Positions 54,324 to 63,715 are shown, counted from the first letter of the stretch. The stretch: 64,000 nt of DNA from Pseudonocardiales bacterium (GCA_052390115.1 JBQTHE010000035.1:13088-77087); one strand, 5' to 3'. The notes: a model not told the origin generated them from the sequence alone. Numbers and translations are program-made.

Positions 54324-55300
54324 GGAGCGGACCGTGCACTCGAGAGCACGCCGTCCAGACCCATATAGGTCATCCGGACCTCGGCCATCTGGTCTGTCCA
54401 CCGCTGAGCCATGTCGTAGCGCTCCTCGGGCGTGGTATCCAGCATCCGCTGGCCCGGCCAGATCTCGTAGTCGCCGATCAGTCCCGCATGCTGTGCCATG
54501 CCCTGCTGGAATAGTTCCTCGCGGGTCATCACGTACTTGCGGTCCGGCACCGCGTCCCACAGCCGCTCACCCTCGGCGAGTATCTCCAGCAGCCGGGGCC
54601 GGTACTCTGGGTGCGCGCTCAGGTGGTCTCGGATGATCGAGCTGCCGACGGTGAGGTGGCGGATCTCGTCGATGGCCGCGCCGCGAGCGATCTCGCTGGC
54701 CGCCGGGTCGAGACGATCCCATTTGCGTTCGCTGAGCTCGGCCGCCGGCGCGAGCACACCCTCGATCACGATGGTGAAGATGGCGACTCCGCCGACGAAG
54801 TCGCCCTCGTCGCGCATCACTCGCAGGGCGAACTCCTCCACTGGGTCGAGCACCTCCGCGGTGTAGTCCGCGGACATCTCGGCGATGGTGGGCAGCAGCT
54901 TGTTCGCCGGCACACCTATGTCGACCAGATGGTTGCGGAACACCATGGCGTGCCGGGCCTCGTCGACCAGCTGCGTGGTGTAGAACTCGATCTCCGGAAT
55001 ACCCGGCGCTGAAGCGACGTAGTGGGCCAGAATGCGGGTCGCCTTCTCCTCGGCTACCGAGCGGTATCCAAGCTCAAGCAACAGAGCTTCGCGCAGCGGG
55101 CCCGGTTCGCGCATGTGGTCTGGGGTGATCACGCCGACCGCATACCCTTTCGCCGCCCTGCCGCGCAGGGTGCCCTGGGCGACCGAGCTGAGCCAGTACG
55201 CAAGATCGCACTGCTTCGCGGTCAGGACGAGGTTCATCGCGCCGTCCAGCAGCCCGGGAGCGGTGTCCCAGCCTGCCTCGCGCGGGATGGCGTCGGTCAT
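54320..55300 (-). CDS. Ferritin-like di-iron carboxylate oxygenase (candidate N-oxygenase / azoxy-forming enzyme)
   Basis: Two E...ExxH units: EIEFYTTQLVDEARHAMVF and IEGVLAP...AIDEIRHLTVG. RBS gaggaagg. ATGA overlap with the flavin reductase stop. Confidence 0.7.
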   Translation of the reverse strand: MTDAIPREAGWDTAPGLLDGAMNLVLTAKQCDLAYWLSSVAQGTLRGRAAKGYAVGVITPDHMREPGPLREALLLELGYRSVAEEKATRILAHYVASAPGIPEIEFYTTQLVDEARHAMVFRNHLVDIGVPANKLLPTIAEMSADYTAEVLDPVEEFALRVMRDEGDFVGGVAIFTIVIEGVLAPAAELSERKWDRLDPAASEIARGAAIDEIRHLTVGSSIIRDHLSAHPEYRPRLLEILAEGERLWDAVPDRKYVMTREELFQQGMAQHAGLIGDYEIWPGQRMLDTTPEERYDMAQRWTDQMAEVRMTYMGLDGVLSSARSAP

Positions 55301-55887
55301 CGCGTAAGCCTTCCTCTCGGTGTCAGCTGGATTCCGAGGTGCGGACCGAGGCAGCCGAGGTGGTTGGTCGGGCGGAAATCGTCGGAAAGGGCGCACAGCG
55401 ACCCGCCGTGCAGGGTGCTGGCGAAACTGAGCAGTGGGGAACCGACGCCGGTTTCGCCCGACGCCACGACGGCGAGCAGGAGGCAGTGGTCGCCGGCCGG
55501 CAGCCAGCGGCTGAGCCGGCACGTCAGGTAGGACAGCGAGCCGTTGATCAACGGGGCATCGCTGGTCGAGTCGGTCCGGCAGCGGATGCCGTCGAACTGC
55601 GCGCTGCCGCGGGGCCGGTCGGGGTGGGCAAACCATCGGGCCAGGGCAGCCTGCTCGGTGTTCAGCACGTTCACCGAGAACCATTGCCGGTCGCGAACGC
55701 GCCGGAGAAACGACGAGCTTCGGGCCAGGCTCACTCCGATGAGCAACGGTTCCCTGGACACCGCGGCCAGCGCGCTGACCGTCGTGCCGTGTGCGCCGCG
55801 CTCGTCGGCGAGGGTGAGCACCGAAACCCCGGAGGTGAACCGGCGGACCGCTCTATGGTGGTTTTTGGTCACTACCTCGGTGATCAT
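55297..55887 (-). CDS. NAD(P)H:flavin reductase (HpaC/VlmR-type)
   Basis: RAVRRFTSGVSVLTLADERGAHGTTVSALAAVSREPLLIGVSL...FSVNVL. Confidence 0.8.
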   Translation of the reverse strand: MITEVVTKNHHRAVRRFTSGVSVLTLADERGAHGTTVSALAAVSREPLLIGVSLARSSSFLRRVRDRQWFSVNVLNTEQAALARWFAHPDRPRGSAQFDGIRCRTDSTSDAPLINGSLSYLTCRLSRWLPAGDHCLLLAVVASGETGVGSPLLSFASTLHGGSLCALSDDFRPTNHLGCLGPHLGIQLTPRGRLTR

Positions 55888-55901
55888 CAGTGGTCTCCGG
55901 T

Positions 55902-56414
55902 TCAGCCGGCCGCGGTCTGCCGGGCGGTACGGGAGGCCTCCGGTGTGTCCTGGGCGGTCGGCTCGACGTCGCTGCGGGATTCCAAGGCGGCACGCAGCTT
56001 CAGGTACGCCGGGTGCGGCTGGGGTTCGAAGGACAGGTTGAACGGCTTGAGGAAGTTGCCGAACAGTCCCCGGTCACCGAACAGGTGGATGGGGATGGCC
56101 AGTAGGGCCCACTCCCACCCGACGAACAGCACCCACAGCGCTATCACCGCGCTCTGGGTGATCAGGCTGTGCATGGTGTTGTAGAGCACGTAGTAGATCT
56201 TGGGGATCCGTTTGGTGCTGCTGCGGTGCCAGGCGATGGCGCCAGGGAGGTAACCGATGAGATCGATGTAGACGAACAGGACCACCGCCGGCAGCCAGCG
56301 GACCTGGTCGATGTGCACGACGAACAGGGCGACTGCGACGGCGAACAACACCAGGTACTCGGCGCGGTGCAGGCGGTAGGTCGTGCGACTCTCAAAGGGA
56401 TTGGCCTGGTCCAT
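55902..56414 (-). CDS. Small integral membrane protein (DUF4260-like, ~4 TM); candidate VlmO-type N-N-forming component
   Basis: RLHRAEYLVLFAVAVALFVVH, LPAVVLFVYIDLIGYLPGAI, YYVLYNTMHSLITQSAVIALWVLF, ALLAIPIHLFGDRG. Assignment to a VlmO-like role is by context only. Confidence 0.55.
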   Translation of the reverse strand: MDQANPFESRTTYRLHRAEYLVLFAVAVALFVVHIDQVRWLPAVVLFVYIDLIGYLPGAIAWHRSSTKRIPKIYYVLYNTMHSLITQSAVIALWVLFVGWEWALLAIPIHLFGDRGLFGNFLKPFNLSFEPQPHPAYLKLRAALESRSDVEPTAQDTPEASRTARQTAAG

Positions 56415-56420
56415 GATCAG

Positions 56421-56921
56421 TCACCTCTCAGCGGGCGCGCCGGCGACCGGGGCCGGCACGAGTTCCAGTTCGCCGTCCAGGTGCACGTCGTCGAACATGC
56501 CGACCACGACCCAGGCGACGGTCTCCTTGATGACGCGTTCGGCGATCGGGTCGAGAATGCCCTCCAAACTCGGGATGCCGAAGTCGAAGTCGACCTCGAA
56601 GTGCAACTCGGTGTCCTCGCCGGAGTGGCGCAGTGTCCAATGTCCGGTGAACTCGTCGAAATCCCCGTTCTGCTGTTCGAACTTGATCACCAGATCGTCC
56701 CGCAGGAACTGCTCCTGTTCGGTCCAACGCAGTAGTCCGCTGCGGAAGCGCAGCACCCAACTCGACCGGCCGGTCGGCGCGGGCCGTGTCTGGTGCACGA
56801 CCGCGGACTGCACGTGCGGGGCCAGTTCCGGGTACCGTTCGAACTTGACCACCGAGTCATAGACCGTCTCCGGGGACACGCCCCTGATCAGCGCGTTCAG
56901 CTGGACATGCCGCATGGTCAT
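56421..56921 (-). CDS. SRPBCC (START/cyclase-dehydrase fold) protein
   Basis: VSPETVYDSVVKFERYPELAPHV...WVLRFRSGLLRWTEQEQF...FEQQNGDFDEFTGHWTL. ATGA overlap with the aminotransferase stop. Confidence 0.7.
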   Translation of the reverse strand: MTMRHVQLNALIRGVSPETVYDSVVKFERYPELAPHVQSAVVHQTRPAPTGRSSWVLRFRSGLLRWTEQEQFLRDDLVIKFEQQNGDFDEFTGHWTLRHSGEDTELHFEVDFDFGIPSLEGILDPIAERVIKETVAWVVVGMFDDVHLDGELELVPAPVAGAPAER

Positions 56922-58204
56922 TTACCGCCTTCCGGCATGCGAGCACGCCGGGAGATCAGATCTCTGGTCGCGCGGTCGAATGATCGGATCAGGAACTCCA
57001 CGTCGGAGTCGGTGAGAATGGCCGGTGGGGTGAATCGGACCGTCGCGATGCCGTTCATCGAATGGTTGGCTATCACGCCGTGGTTGAACAGCTCGATCAA
57101 CATCTCGCCGGCAAGGCCGGCCTCGACGAATTCGACACCGATCAGCAGGCCTTTGCCGCGGACGTCGACCACCAGGTCGCCGCAGTTCTCGCGCGCGATG
57201 CGCTCGATCTCCGGCAGCAGTAGGGCGCCGAGTTCGGCGGCCTTGGTGATCAATCGGTCCTCCTTGATAGCCTGGATCGCGCCCCGCACGGCGGCCATCA
57301 GCACCGGCGCCCCGGAGAAGGTGGCGGTGTGCACGTACGGGTCCTTGTCGAACGGCGAGAAGATCTGCCGGTTGGCCACCGCGGCGGACACCGGCAGCAC
57401 GCCGCCGCCCAGTGCCTTGCCGGTCAGCAGCACGTCCGGCACCACACCTTCGAGGTCGACACCCCACCATTCGCCGAGTCGGCCCATGCCGCTCTGCACC
57501 TCGTCGATGATCAGGAAACCGTCGTGCTTACGGCACAAGTCCGCGACGCTGGTCAGGTAGCCGGGCGGCGGGATGATCACGCCACCCTCGCCCTGCACCG
57601 GTTCGACGATCACGCCGACCTCACCTGGATGCGCCGCCAGTTCGCGTTCCAGCGCCTCGTTGTGGCCGAACGGCACGTGCGTCACGTCGGGCAGCAGCGG
57701 CTGGAACGGCTTCTGGTAGACGTCCTTGGCTGTCACGGACAGAGCACCGAGCGTCTTTCCGTGATAGCCGTGGTGCATCGAGACCAGCCGCCGCTTGCCG
57801 TGCGCCCTGGCCAGCTTCAGGCCGGTCTCCACAGCTTCGGCGCCGGAGAGCGCGAAGTGCACCCGGTCCATGCCGGGTGGGGTGACCGAGGCCAGCGCCT
57901 CGGCCGCCCTGGCCACCGTCGGTTCGAGCAGGATCCTGGTGGAGATCGGGTGGGCGTGCAGTTGGCTGAGCACGGCGTCCATCACGATCGGATGCCGTGC
58001 GCCCATGATGAACACGCCGTACCCGCCGCAGTTGAGGAACTCCCCGGCATCGCTAGTGCGCAGCCACGCGCCGGCGGAGGCGACCTCCATGTGGCTGCCG
58101 AAAAGTTCGGCGAGCGTGGCCCGCCCCTTGCTCAGATGCGCCCGGTACAGGTCGAGGATCTCCGCCCCGGAGTCGACCGGCGCGGCTGTGTCGATCACGG
58201 TCAC
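56918..58204 (-). CDS. Class III PLP-dependent (omega-)aminotransferase
   Basis: GGYGVFIMGARHP, HGYHGKTLGALS, IIDEVQSGMGRLG, LLTGKALGGG (PLP Lys). Confidence 0.85.
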   Translation of the reverse strand: MTVIDTAAPVDSGAEILDLYRAHLSKGRATLAELFGSHMEVASAGAWLRTSDAGEFLNCGGYGVFIMGARHPIVMDAVLSQLHAHPISTRILLEPTVARAAEALASVTPPGMDRVHFALSGAEAVETGLKLARAHGKRRLVSMHHGYHGKTLGALSVTAKDVYQKPFQPLLPDVTHVPFGHNEALERELAAHPGEVGVIVEPVQGEGGVIIPPPGYLTSVADLCRKHDGFLIIDEVQSGMGRLGEWWGVDLEGVVPDVLLTGKALGGGVLPVSAAVANRQIFSPFDKDPYVHTATFSGAPVLMAAVRGAIQAIKEDRLITKAAELGALLLPEIERIARENCGDLVVDVRGKGLLIGVEFVEAGLAGEMLIELFNHGVIANHSMNGIATVRFTPPAILTDSDVEFLIRSFDRATRDLISRRARMPEGGK

Positions 58205-58249
58205 CGTGTGCTCCCTTGGTCAGTCGCCGGACTCAGGAAAGTCCCGGAA

Positions 58250-59386
58250 TCAGGAAAGTCGCAGTGGCCCGCCGGCGAAGTAATCCAGAAGCGGTTCGGC
58301 CGCGCTGCTCCGCGACGGCGGGTGGAAGGCCAATGCACGCACCGCGCAGGACAGGTAGGCGATATCGGAGGACCGGATGAAGGCGATGCCGCCGAGCAGC
58401 TCCACGGCCAGATCGGTGGTGGCCGCCAAGGCTGCCTGCACGGCGTAGCGGGCCACCAGCACGGCGGCGACCGCGTCGTCGCCGGACAGCCCGTCGTCGA
58501 CGGCGCGGGCCACTCCCTCCAACTGGCCGACGGCGGACTCGAGGCCCACCGCGACCGCGGCCCGGTCGGTCACGCTTCCCCTGCCACCATCCAGCACTTG
58601 GGCGGCAAGCGCGCTGGCCGCGCCGACGTAGACCGACGAGATCAGCATGACGAACCACACGAAGCCCGCGGTCTGCAGGTCGTCCAGGCGGTGCGGATCG
58701 TCGGGCCTGGTACGGATGACCAACTCGTCGGGCACTCGGACGTCGGTCAGCCGGACCTCGTCGCTCTGCGCGGCGGCCAGCACCCAGCTGGACCAGAAGG
58801 GATGCACCGAGATCCCCGGCGAGTGCGCCGGAACTAGCGCGACCGCCAGGGAATCCGTACCTTCCGTGGACAGCGCGACGCTCGCGGTCAGCAAGTCCAT
58901 CGACCCGGACAGGCTGCAGGGCTTCTTGCTGCCACTGAGCATCCAGTTGTCGCCGTCGGGTCGGGCGGACACGCTGGGCAGCAGGATGTTCTGGTTCGGC
59001 TTGCCCTCCGCCCAGCCCGAGGCCATCAGCAGGCCGTCCGGTACCACCCTGGACAGCAGGTCGATCTGCAGGCCGGTGAGCCGGTCGGCGGTGCGGGCAA
59101 GGGAGAACAGCATCGCCGCGGTGAAGTGGTGCATGGTGACGGCGGCACCGAGCGACGGCGAGCACGAGGACAGGCCGCGCATCACGCGGATCGCTTCCAA
59201 CGCGCCGGCGCCCGCTCCGGAGTACTCCGGCGGCACCAGCAGACCGACGCCGCCGAACTTGCGAAACAGCCCGATCACCGGGCTGCCGACGGCCTCGCGT
59301 TCCAGCAACGGAATCTCGTCGAGGGCCGCGCACAGCCCGGGGTGGTGCTTCTCGCAGACCTGCCGTGCCGCGTCCAGCGAGCGCAT
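58250..59386 (-). CDS. Acyl-CoA-dehydrogenase-fold flavoprotein; candidate two-component amine N-hydroxylase (VlmH-like)
   Basis: RBS aaggag before ATG 59386. ACAD-like architecture (FGGVGLLVPPEYSGAGAG..., WMLSGSKKPCSLS, C-terminal helical bundle). A flavin reductase is encoded in the same operon. Confidence 0.65.
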   Translation of the reverse strand: MRSLDAARQVCEKHHPGLCAALDEIPLLEREAVGSPVIGLFRKFGGVGLLVPPEYSGAGAGALEAIRVMRGLSSCSPSLGAAVTMHHFTAAMLFSLARTADRLTGLQIDLLSRVVPDGLLMASGWAEGKPNQNILLPSVSARPDGDNWMLSGSKKPCSLSGSMDLLTASVALSTEGTDSLAVALVPAHSPGISVHPFWSSWVLAAAQSDEVRLTDVRVPDELVIRTRPDDPHRLDDLQTAGFVWFVMLISSVYVGAASALAAQVLDGGRGSVTDRAAVAVGLESAVGQLEGVARAVDDGLSGDDAVAAVLVARYAVQAALAATTDLAVELLGGIAFIRSSDIAYLSCAVRALAFHPPSRSSAAEPLLDYFAGGPLRLS

Positions 59387-59457
59387 GTGGATCTCCTTGG
59401 GTCGGGGCGGGAAAGGTCGGGGTAGGGCAACGTCGTGGTCCGGCGATGGCCGCACCT

Positions 59458-61113
59458 TCAGCAGCCGAACATGGCGTCACGCGGGCGTATACCGGTGGCG
59501 ATGCTGACCCCCTGCAGATGGGAGGTCTTGAGGATCGGGTAGTTGGCCTCGCCGAACACACCGCCGGTCAATCCCGTGCCACCGTGGGTGGGCAGGATCG
59601 GCAGGAAGCCGATGTGCGAGTCATTGATCTTGAGCAGGCCGGCGTTGCGGACGTCGCGCACGAAGCGGTCGATGACCTCGGTCGAGGCCGACCACAGCGA
59701 GTTGCGCAGCCCGTACTCGTTGGCGTTGACGAACCCGATGACCAGATCGAGCAACACCTCGTCGGGTGCGTGTTCGGGCACCACCACCGGCAGCATCGGG
59801 TAGAAAGTCTCGTGCCTGACCACCGCCAGTTCCCGCGCGCCGGACATCCCGTCGACCCGCAGCACGGTCGGTTCCAGGAACACCCCGGTCTCCGACGGCG
59901 TGCCGTCCAGCTCCACCCGCCGGCCGCCGGTGATTACCCGCGCGCCCTGCTCGAGCGCCTGGCGCAATTGGGCGAAGAACTTCTCGCTGCGGCGGACCGG
60001 GGACAGCAGCACGTCCTCGTCGTCGGGATAACCGGGCCGGATCCGGGCGGCCTGCTCCCGGAGCCTGGCTAGCAGCTCGTCAGCGATGTCGGGGTGGGCC
60101 ACCACGTACTTGGGCACCATGCAGATCTGGCCGGACCCGAAGAAGCACTCGGTGATGGCTTCGGCCGCCATGTCCAGGTCGCCGTCGTGCCACACGACGA
60201 GGCCGTCGTTGCCGGCGAGTTCAAGGATCGGCTTCTTGCCCCTGGCCACGCACTCGGTTTGCAGCCGCAGACCCTCTTCGCTGCCGCCGATGTAGAAGAT
60301 GTCGTTGACGAGCGGGTGTTGCAGCCATCGATCGAGGATCTGGCGCGGCGGCCCGCAGACAACGTTCAGCGTGCCGGCAGGCGCGTCCAGATCCTCCAGC
60401 AGCGGCACCACCAGATCCCGGAGCACGTACATGCTGCTCAGCGCGATGCTGCGGGGCGCCCGCACCACCACGGCGTTGCCAGCCATCAGCGCCAGCACGG
60501 CCAGCGCTGCGCTGGGCGCCGGCGCGTTCTGCGGCGGATTCAAGCACACCACACCGTCGGGCTGGTACCGCACGATCAGCCGACGCGAGCCGTACGCGAA
60601 CTCGGTGTACATCTGCTGCGCGTACCAGGAGCAGCTCTCCTGGCTGAACACCTGCATCAGACAGGTGAACTCCCATTCGGCCAGCTTGCGGGGGTGCGCC
60701 TCGGCCACGAGCATGCCCAGGAACTCCTCACGGTGGCGCACGAGCTTGTGCCGGAACAGTTCGCCGAGGCGCAGCCGCTCGGCCAGCGGTACGCCAGCCC
60801 ACACCGGTGCGGCGGCCGCCGCGGCCTCGATGGAGGCGTCCACCTGCTCCGCGCTGGCTACCGCGCAGCGGCCGACCACGTAGGGGTGGCCGCCGGCGTC
60901 GGAGTGCGGGTCCTGCTCGAGTGCCCGCTTGAGGCGCACGCTAGTGAACACGTCCTCCAGCAGGGAGCGGGCGGTCACCGTGTACACCCAGGCGATTCCC
61001 TCCACGTCCCTGCCGGCGATATAGGAATGGTAACTTCGCAATCCGACAGTATTAATCGCCTCGGCGTCCTCCAGATCCACACTGAGGATTTGGACGTTAT
61101 AGTCGGCAACCAC
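59458..61113 (-). CDS. Aldehyde dehydrogenase-superfamily enzyme (possible acyl-thioester reductase / aldehyde-forming)
   Basis: ILELAGNDGLVV (catalytic Glu region) and FFGSGQICMVPKYVV (catalytic Cys). 551 aa with N- and C-terminal extensions. Confidence 0.75.
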   Translation of the reverse strand: MVADYNVQILSVDLEDAEAINTVGLRSYHSYIAGRDVEGIAWVYTVTARSLLEDVFTSVRLKRALEQDPHSDAGGHPYVVGRCAVASAEQVDASIEAAAAAAPVWAGVPLAERLRLGELFRHKLVRHREEFLGMLVAEAHPRKLAEWEFTCLMQVFSQESCSWYAQQMYTEFAYGSRRLIVRYQPDGVVCLNPPQNAPAPSAALAVLALMAGNAVVVRAPRSIALSSMYVLRDLVVPLLEDLDAPAGTLNVVCGPPRQILDRWLQHPLVNDIFYIGGSEEGLRLQTECVARGKKPILELAGNDGLVVWHDGDLDMAAEAITECFFGSGQICMVPKYVVAHPDIADELLARLREQAARIRPGYPDDEDVLLSPVRRSEKFFAQLRQALEQGARVITGGRRVELDGTPSETGVFLEPTVLRVDGMSGARELAVVRHETFYPMLPVVVPEHAPDEVLLDLVIGFVNANEYGLRNSLWSASTEVIDRFVRDVRNAGLLKINDSHIGFLPILPTHGGTGLTGGVFGEANYPILKTSHLQGVSIATGIRPRDAMFGC

Positions 61114-61226
61114 TCGCGCATTCTCCTAGCAGCTAACACGCCCGCTCACCCGAGCGACAGTCTGAATTCTTTCAGTCGCACCTGACCATCGGCTGACATA
61201 CTTCTGACCGAGACGGCCGGGGCGGA

Positions 61227-62732
61227 TCAGCCGGCGAGCGCCAGGGTTAGTAGTCGGGACAGCTCTTCGGCCGAACAGGTGGAAAGCGAAGCGAATGTGT
61301 CCGCCACCTCGACCGGCCCACCGTGAGTGAGGAACTTGGTGCGCATCAGTTCGGCGTGCGCGGCGCGGGTGTGGGGGCCGGCGGCACCGATCGGGATGTC
61401 CCGCTGCCTGGTGAACGACCGGCCGTCTGCGAGGTGCACGGTGACTCGGGCCGGGGTGCTCTTGGTCGCGGTCTGGTAGGTCTCAGCAGCCGGGCCGATC
61501 TCGCCGGCCAGCGTCGCTAACTCGGCGCCGCCGAACTTCGCCAGCCAGCAGACAGCGCGTTTCCCGGCCTGGCGGACCGCCTCGCCGAAGGGCGCGACGG
61601 ACTCGAGTAGGCACCTGGTCATCTCCGGGTCGTGCACCAACTGGACCGCTTCGGCCAGCGCCCACCTGCGTGGATCGCTGATCGCGGGCTCAGCGAAGTC
61701 GGCGACGGTCAGGTCACCGGTCAGCAGCGTGGTGGCCACCGCATAGGGGGTGGCCAGCAGCAGCGAGCTGATGGGGGTATCCGCACCGTTGAGGTAGTCT
61801 TCGGCCTTCCGGCCGACGAAGAGGGTATACAGCGAAACGTCGACCACGATCCGTGTCACGTGACGTTGCGGGGATGCGTTGACCGCGACGAGATCGCGGT
61901 GCAGTTCGATGGCGCAGTCCACCGCCGCATCGATACCCGGCCCACCCGGACGGACCTTGAACGACAGCGTGTCGGTATGCCACCGGTGCCCCAGCCCGTC
62001 GGTCACCGCCTCGGGCAACGGCACCGAGGCGAACCGAGCGAGGAAACCGTCCGGATGCTCAAGGATGTCCGGCAAGCCCACCATCTCGGCCGCTGCCGCA
62101 TCGCACGCGTCCATGGCCGTACGCACCGGCGTGAACGCGTGCAACGCCTTGGCATCGCTGCCAAGGAAGCCGTGCATCGACGGCCACATCGGCGTGGTGA
62201 ACGACAGGCCAAGCGCGTCCACCCACCGCCGGGCTGGCGCAGACTCGCTGCGCAGACGGCCGGCCACAGCGCCGGCCAGGTGCGTGTGCAGGGCGCTCTG
62301 TCCTCGGAACGGTCCGAGCGTAGCCGCCGCGGTGATACGGGCGGCGCACTCGTTCGCGGCGATCACCGCGGTGAGCAGCGCGGGGCCGTCCATCCCCAGA
62401 GCGTAGGTGTAGGCAGTCGGGACGGACACGGTCGAACCGCCGAGGTGGCCGGCGTAGGCGGTGTCGTCCAGGTTCAGCCAGGAACCCAGGCCGGCCAGCA
62501 CGCACGCCGACTGGCGTGGATCGGCCTGCAGCGGGGGCCCGAAGGCCCGGACCAGCTTGCGGCCCAACGGATGGATCAGCCCAGCCCGGATGGCGGCGAG
62601 TTGCGAGAGCACCTGACTGCCGGCCAGCGCGACCACTCTCGGCGGTACGTCCGCCAACCGTAGGGTGCTGGCCCACTCGGAGAGTTCCCCTGTCAGCGTC
62701 GCGTGCGCGGTCCGGGTTCCCATGGTGGTCAT
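61227..62732 (-). CDS. MmgE/PrpD-family protein (VlmK-like candidate lyase/dehydratase)
   Basis: The ATG shares ATGA with the kinase stop. LSEWASTLRLADVPPRVVALAGSQVLSQLAAIRAG is a typical PrpD-family N-terminus; 501 aa. Confidence 0.75.
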   Translation of the reverse strand: MTTMGTRTAHATLTGELSEWASTLRLADVPPRVVALAGSQVLSQLAAIRAGLIHPLGRKLVRAFGPPLQADPRQSACVLAGLGSWLNLDDTAYAGHLGGSTVSVPTAYTYALGMDGPALLTAVIAANECAARITAAATLGPFRGQSALHTHLAGAVAGRLRSESAPARRWVDALGLSFTTPMWPSMHGFLGSDAKALHAFTPVRTAMDACDAAAAEMVGLPDILEHPDGFLARFASVPLPEAVTDGLGHRWHTDTLSFKVRPGGPGIDAAVDCAIELHRDLVAVNASPQRHVTRIVVDVSLYTLFVGRKAEDYLNGADTPISSLLLATPYAVATTLLTGDLTVADFAEPAISDPRRWALAEAVQLVHDPEMTRCLLESVAPFGEAVRQAGKRAVCWLAKFGGAELATLAGEIGPAAETYQTATKSTPARVTVHLADGRSFTRQRDIPIGAAGPHTRAAHAELMRTKFLTHGGPVEVADTFASLSTCSAEELSRLLTLALAG

Positions 62733-63715
62733 CGACGAGAACCGTCCAGGGTGGCCATGCCGCTTCGGCACAGTGCGGGAAGGACCCTCGGCAGCACCTG
62801 CAGGGTGAACCGGGTCGCCGTGCCCGTGCGCAGCTCACCGTCGTGCTCGAAGCTCAGCGGCTCGCCGTCGGTCCGTTCGACGGTGACGCGCCGGCCCCGC
62901 GCATACACCACACCCGGCTCGCGCAGGTGTGCACCATTGCGTGTCAGATCGGGTACGTCCACGGGATCGATCTCGCTACCGATCACGCACACATCCAGCA
63001 AACCGTCGTCGAGCACCGAACGGGGCAACACCTGGTAGCTACCGCCACGATGGCGGCCCCCGCCTACGTTGGCCAGCACGGTCTTGCCTGCGTGAACCAC
63101 GGCACCGTCGACGAGGACGCGACCGGGATACGGCACGTACTCAGCCGCGGTCCTGGCCAGCGCGATCCGGTAACGTTCCCGGCCCACGATCGGGACGGAC
63201 CTGACTGTGATCAGAGCGTCGGCGATCAGGCCCGAGCACGCACCGAGCAAGACCAGGGCGTCGAGTTCGACCAGCCGGGCGATGTCGAGCAGGCAACGCC
63301 GGGAACCGTTGCCGCTCAACGCGGCGGGCACCGCCTCCGGCCACGGCAAGTCGCCCCACTGCGCGAGGTAGCTGGAGTTGCCGGTACCGGCCGGGATGAT
63401 CAGCAACGCAGGAAACACGTCCCCGGTGCCCGCCGACAGCAGACCTTGTACCACCTCGCGGACCGTGCCGTCGCCGCCAACCGCGATCACCACGTCGGGT
63501 CGGCGGCTGACCGCCTCGGTGGCCGCCTCGGTGGCCGCCTCGGTGGCCGCCAGGGTGGCGTCACCGCGCTCGGTAGTCCAGCGGACCGACAGCCGGTGGA
63601 CGTGCGGCCGACACAGCTCGACCAGTTCTGCGACTAGATCTGGGCTCACTGTGCCCGCAGCCGGATTCGCTATGACCAGAGCGGCGGAGAACGGCCGACC
63701 GTTCACGTCAACCAT
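62729..63715 (-). CDS. Diacylglycerol-kinase catalytic-domain (LCB5/YegS-type) kinase (VlmJ-like candidate)
   Basis: ALVIANPAAG ... VVIAVGGDGTVREVVQGL (GGDGT motif). RBS gggag upstream of ATG 63715. Confidence 0.8.
   Translation of the reverse strand: MVDVNGRPFSAALVIANPAAGTVSPDLVAELVELCRPHVHRLSVRWTTERGDATLAATEAATEAATEAVSRRPDVVIAVGGDGTVREVVQGLLSAGTGDVFPALLIIPAGTGNSSYLAQWGDLPWPEAVPAALSGNGSRRCLLDIARLVELDALVLLGACSGLIADALITVRSVPIVGRERYRIALARTAAEYVPYPGRVLVDGAVVHAGKTVLANVGGGRHRGGSYQVLPRSVLDDGLLDVCVIGSEIDPVDVPDLTRNGAHLREPGVVYARGRRVTVERTDGEPLSFEHDGELRTGTATRFTLQVLPRVLPALCRSGMATLDGSRR

Noticed and set aside
50292-55684. N-terminal extensions of track ORFs: 50292..52142, 51752..53608, 53199..54560 and 54320..55684 (also 15026..16300 and 10208..12799).
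   Set aside because: The extensions overlap the 3' ends of upstream genes and read as Arg/Pro-rich junk. Internal ATG starts that form ATGA overlaps or follow RBS-like sequences give normal family lengths.
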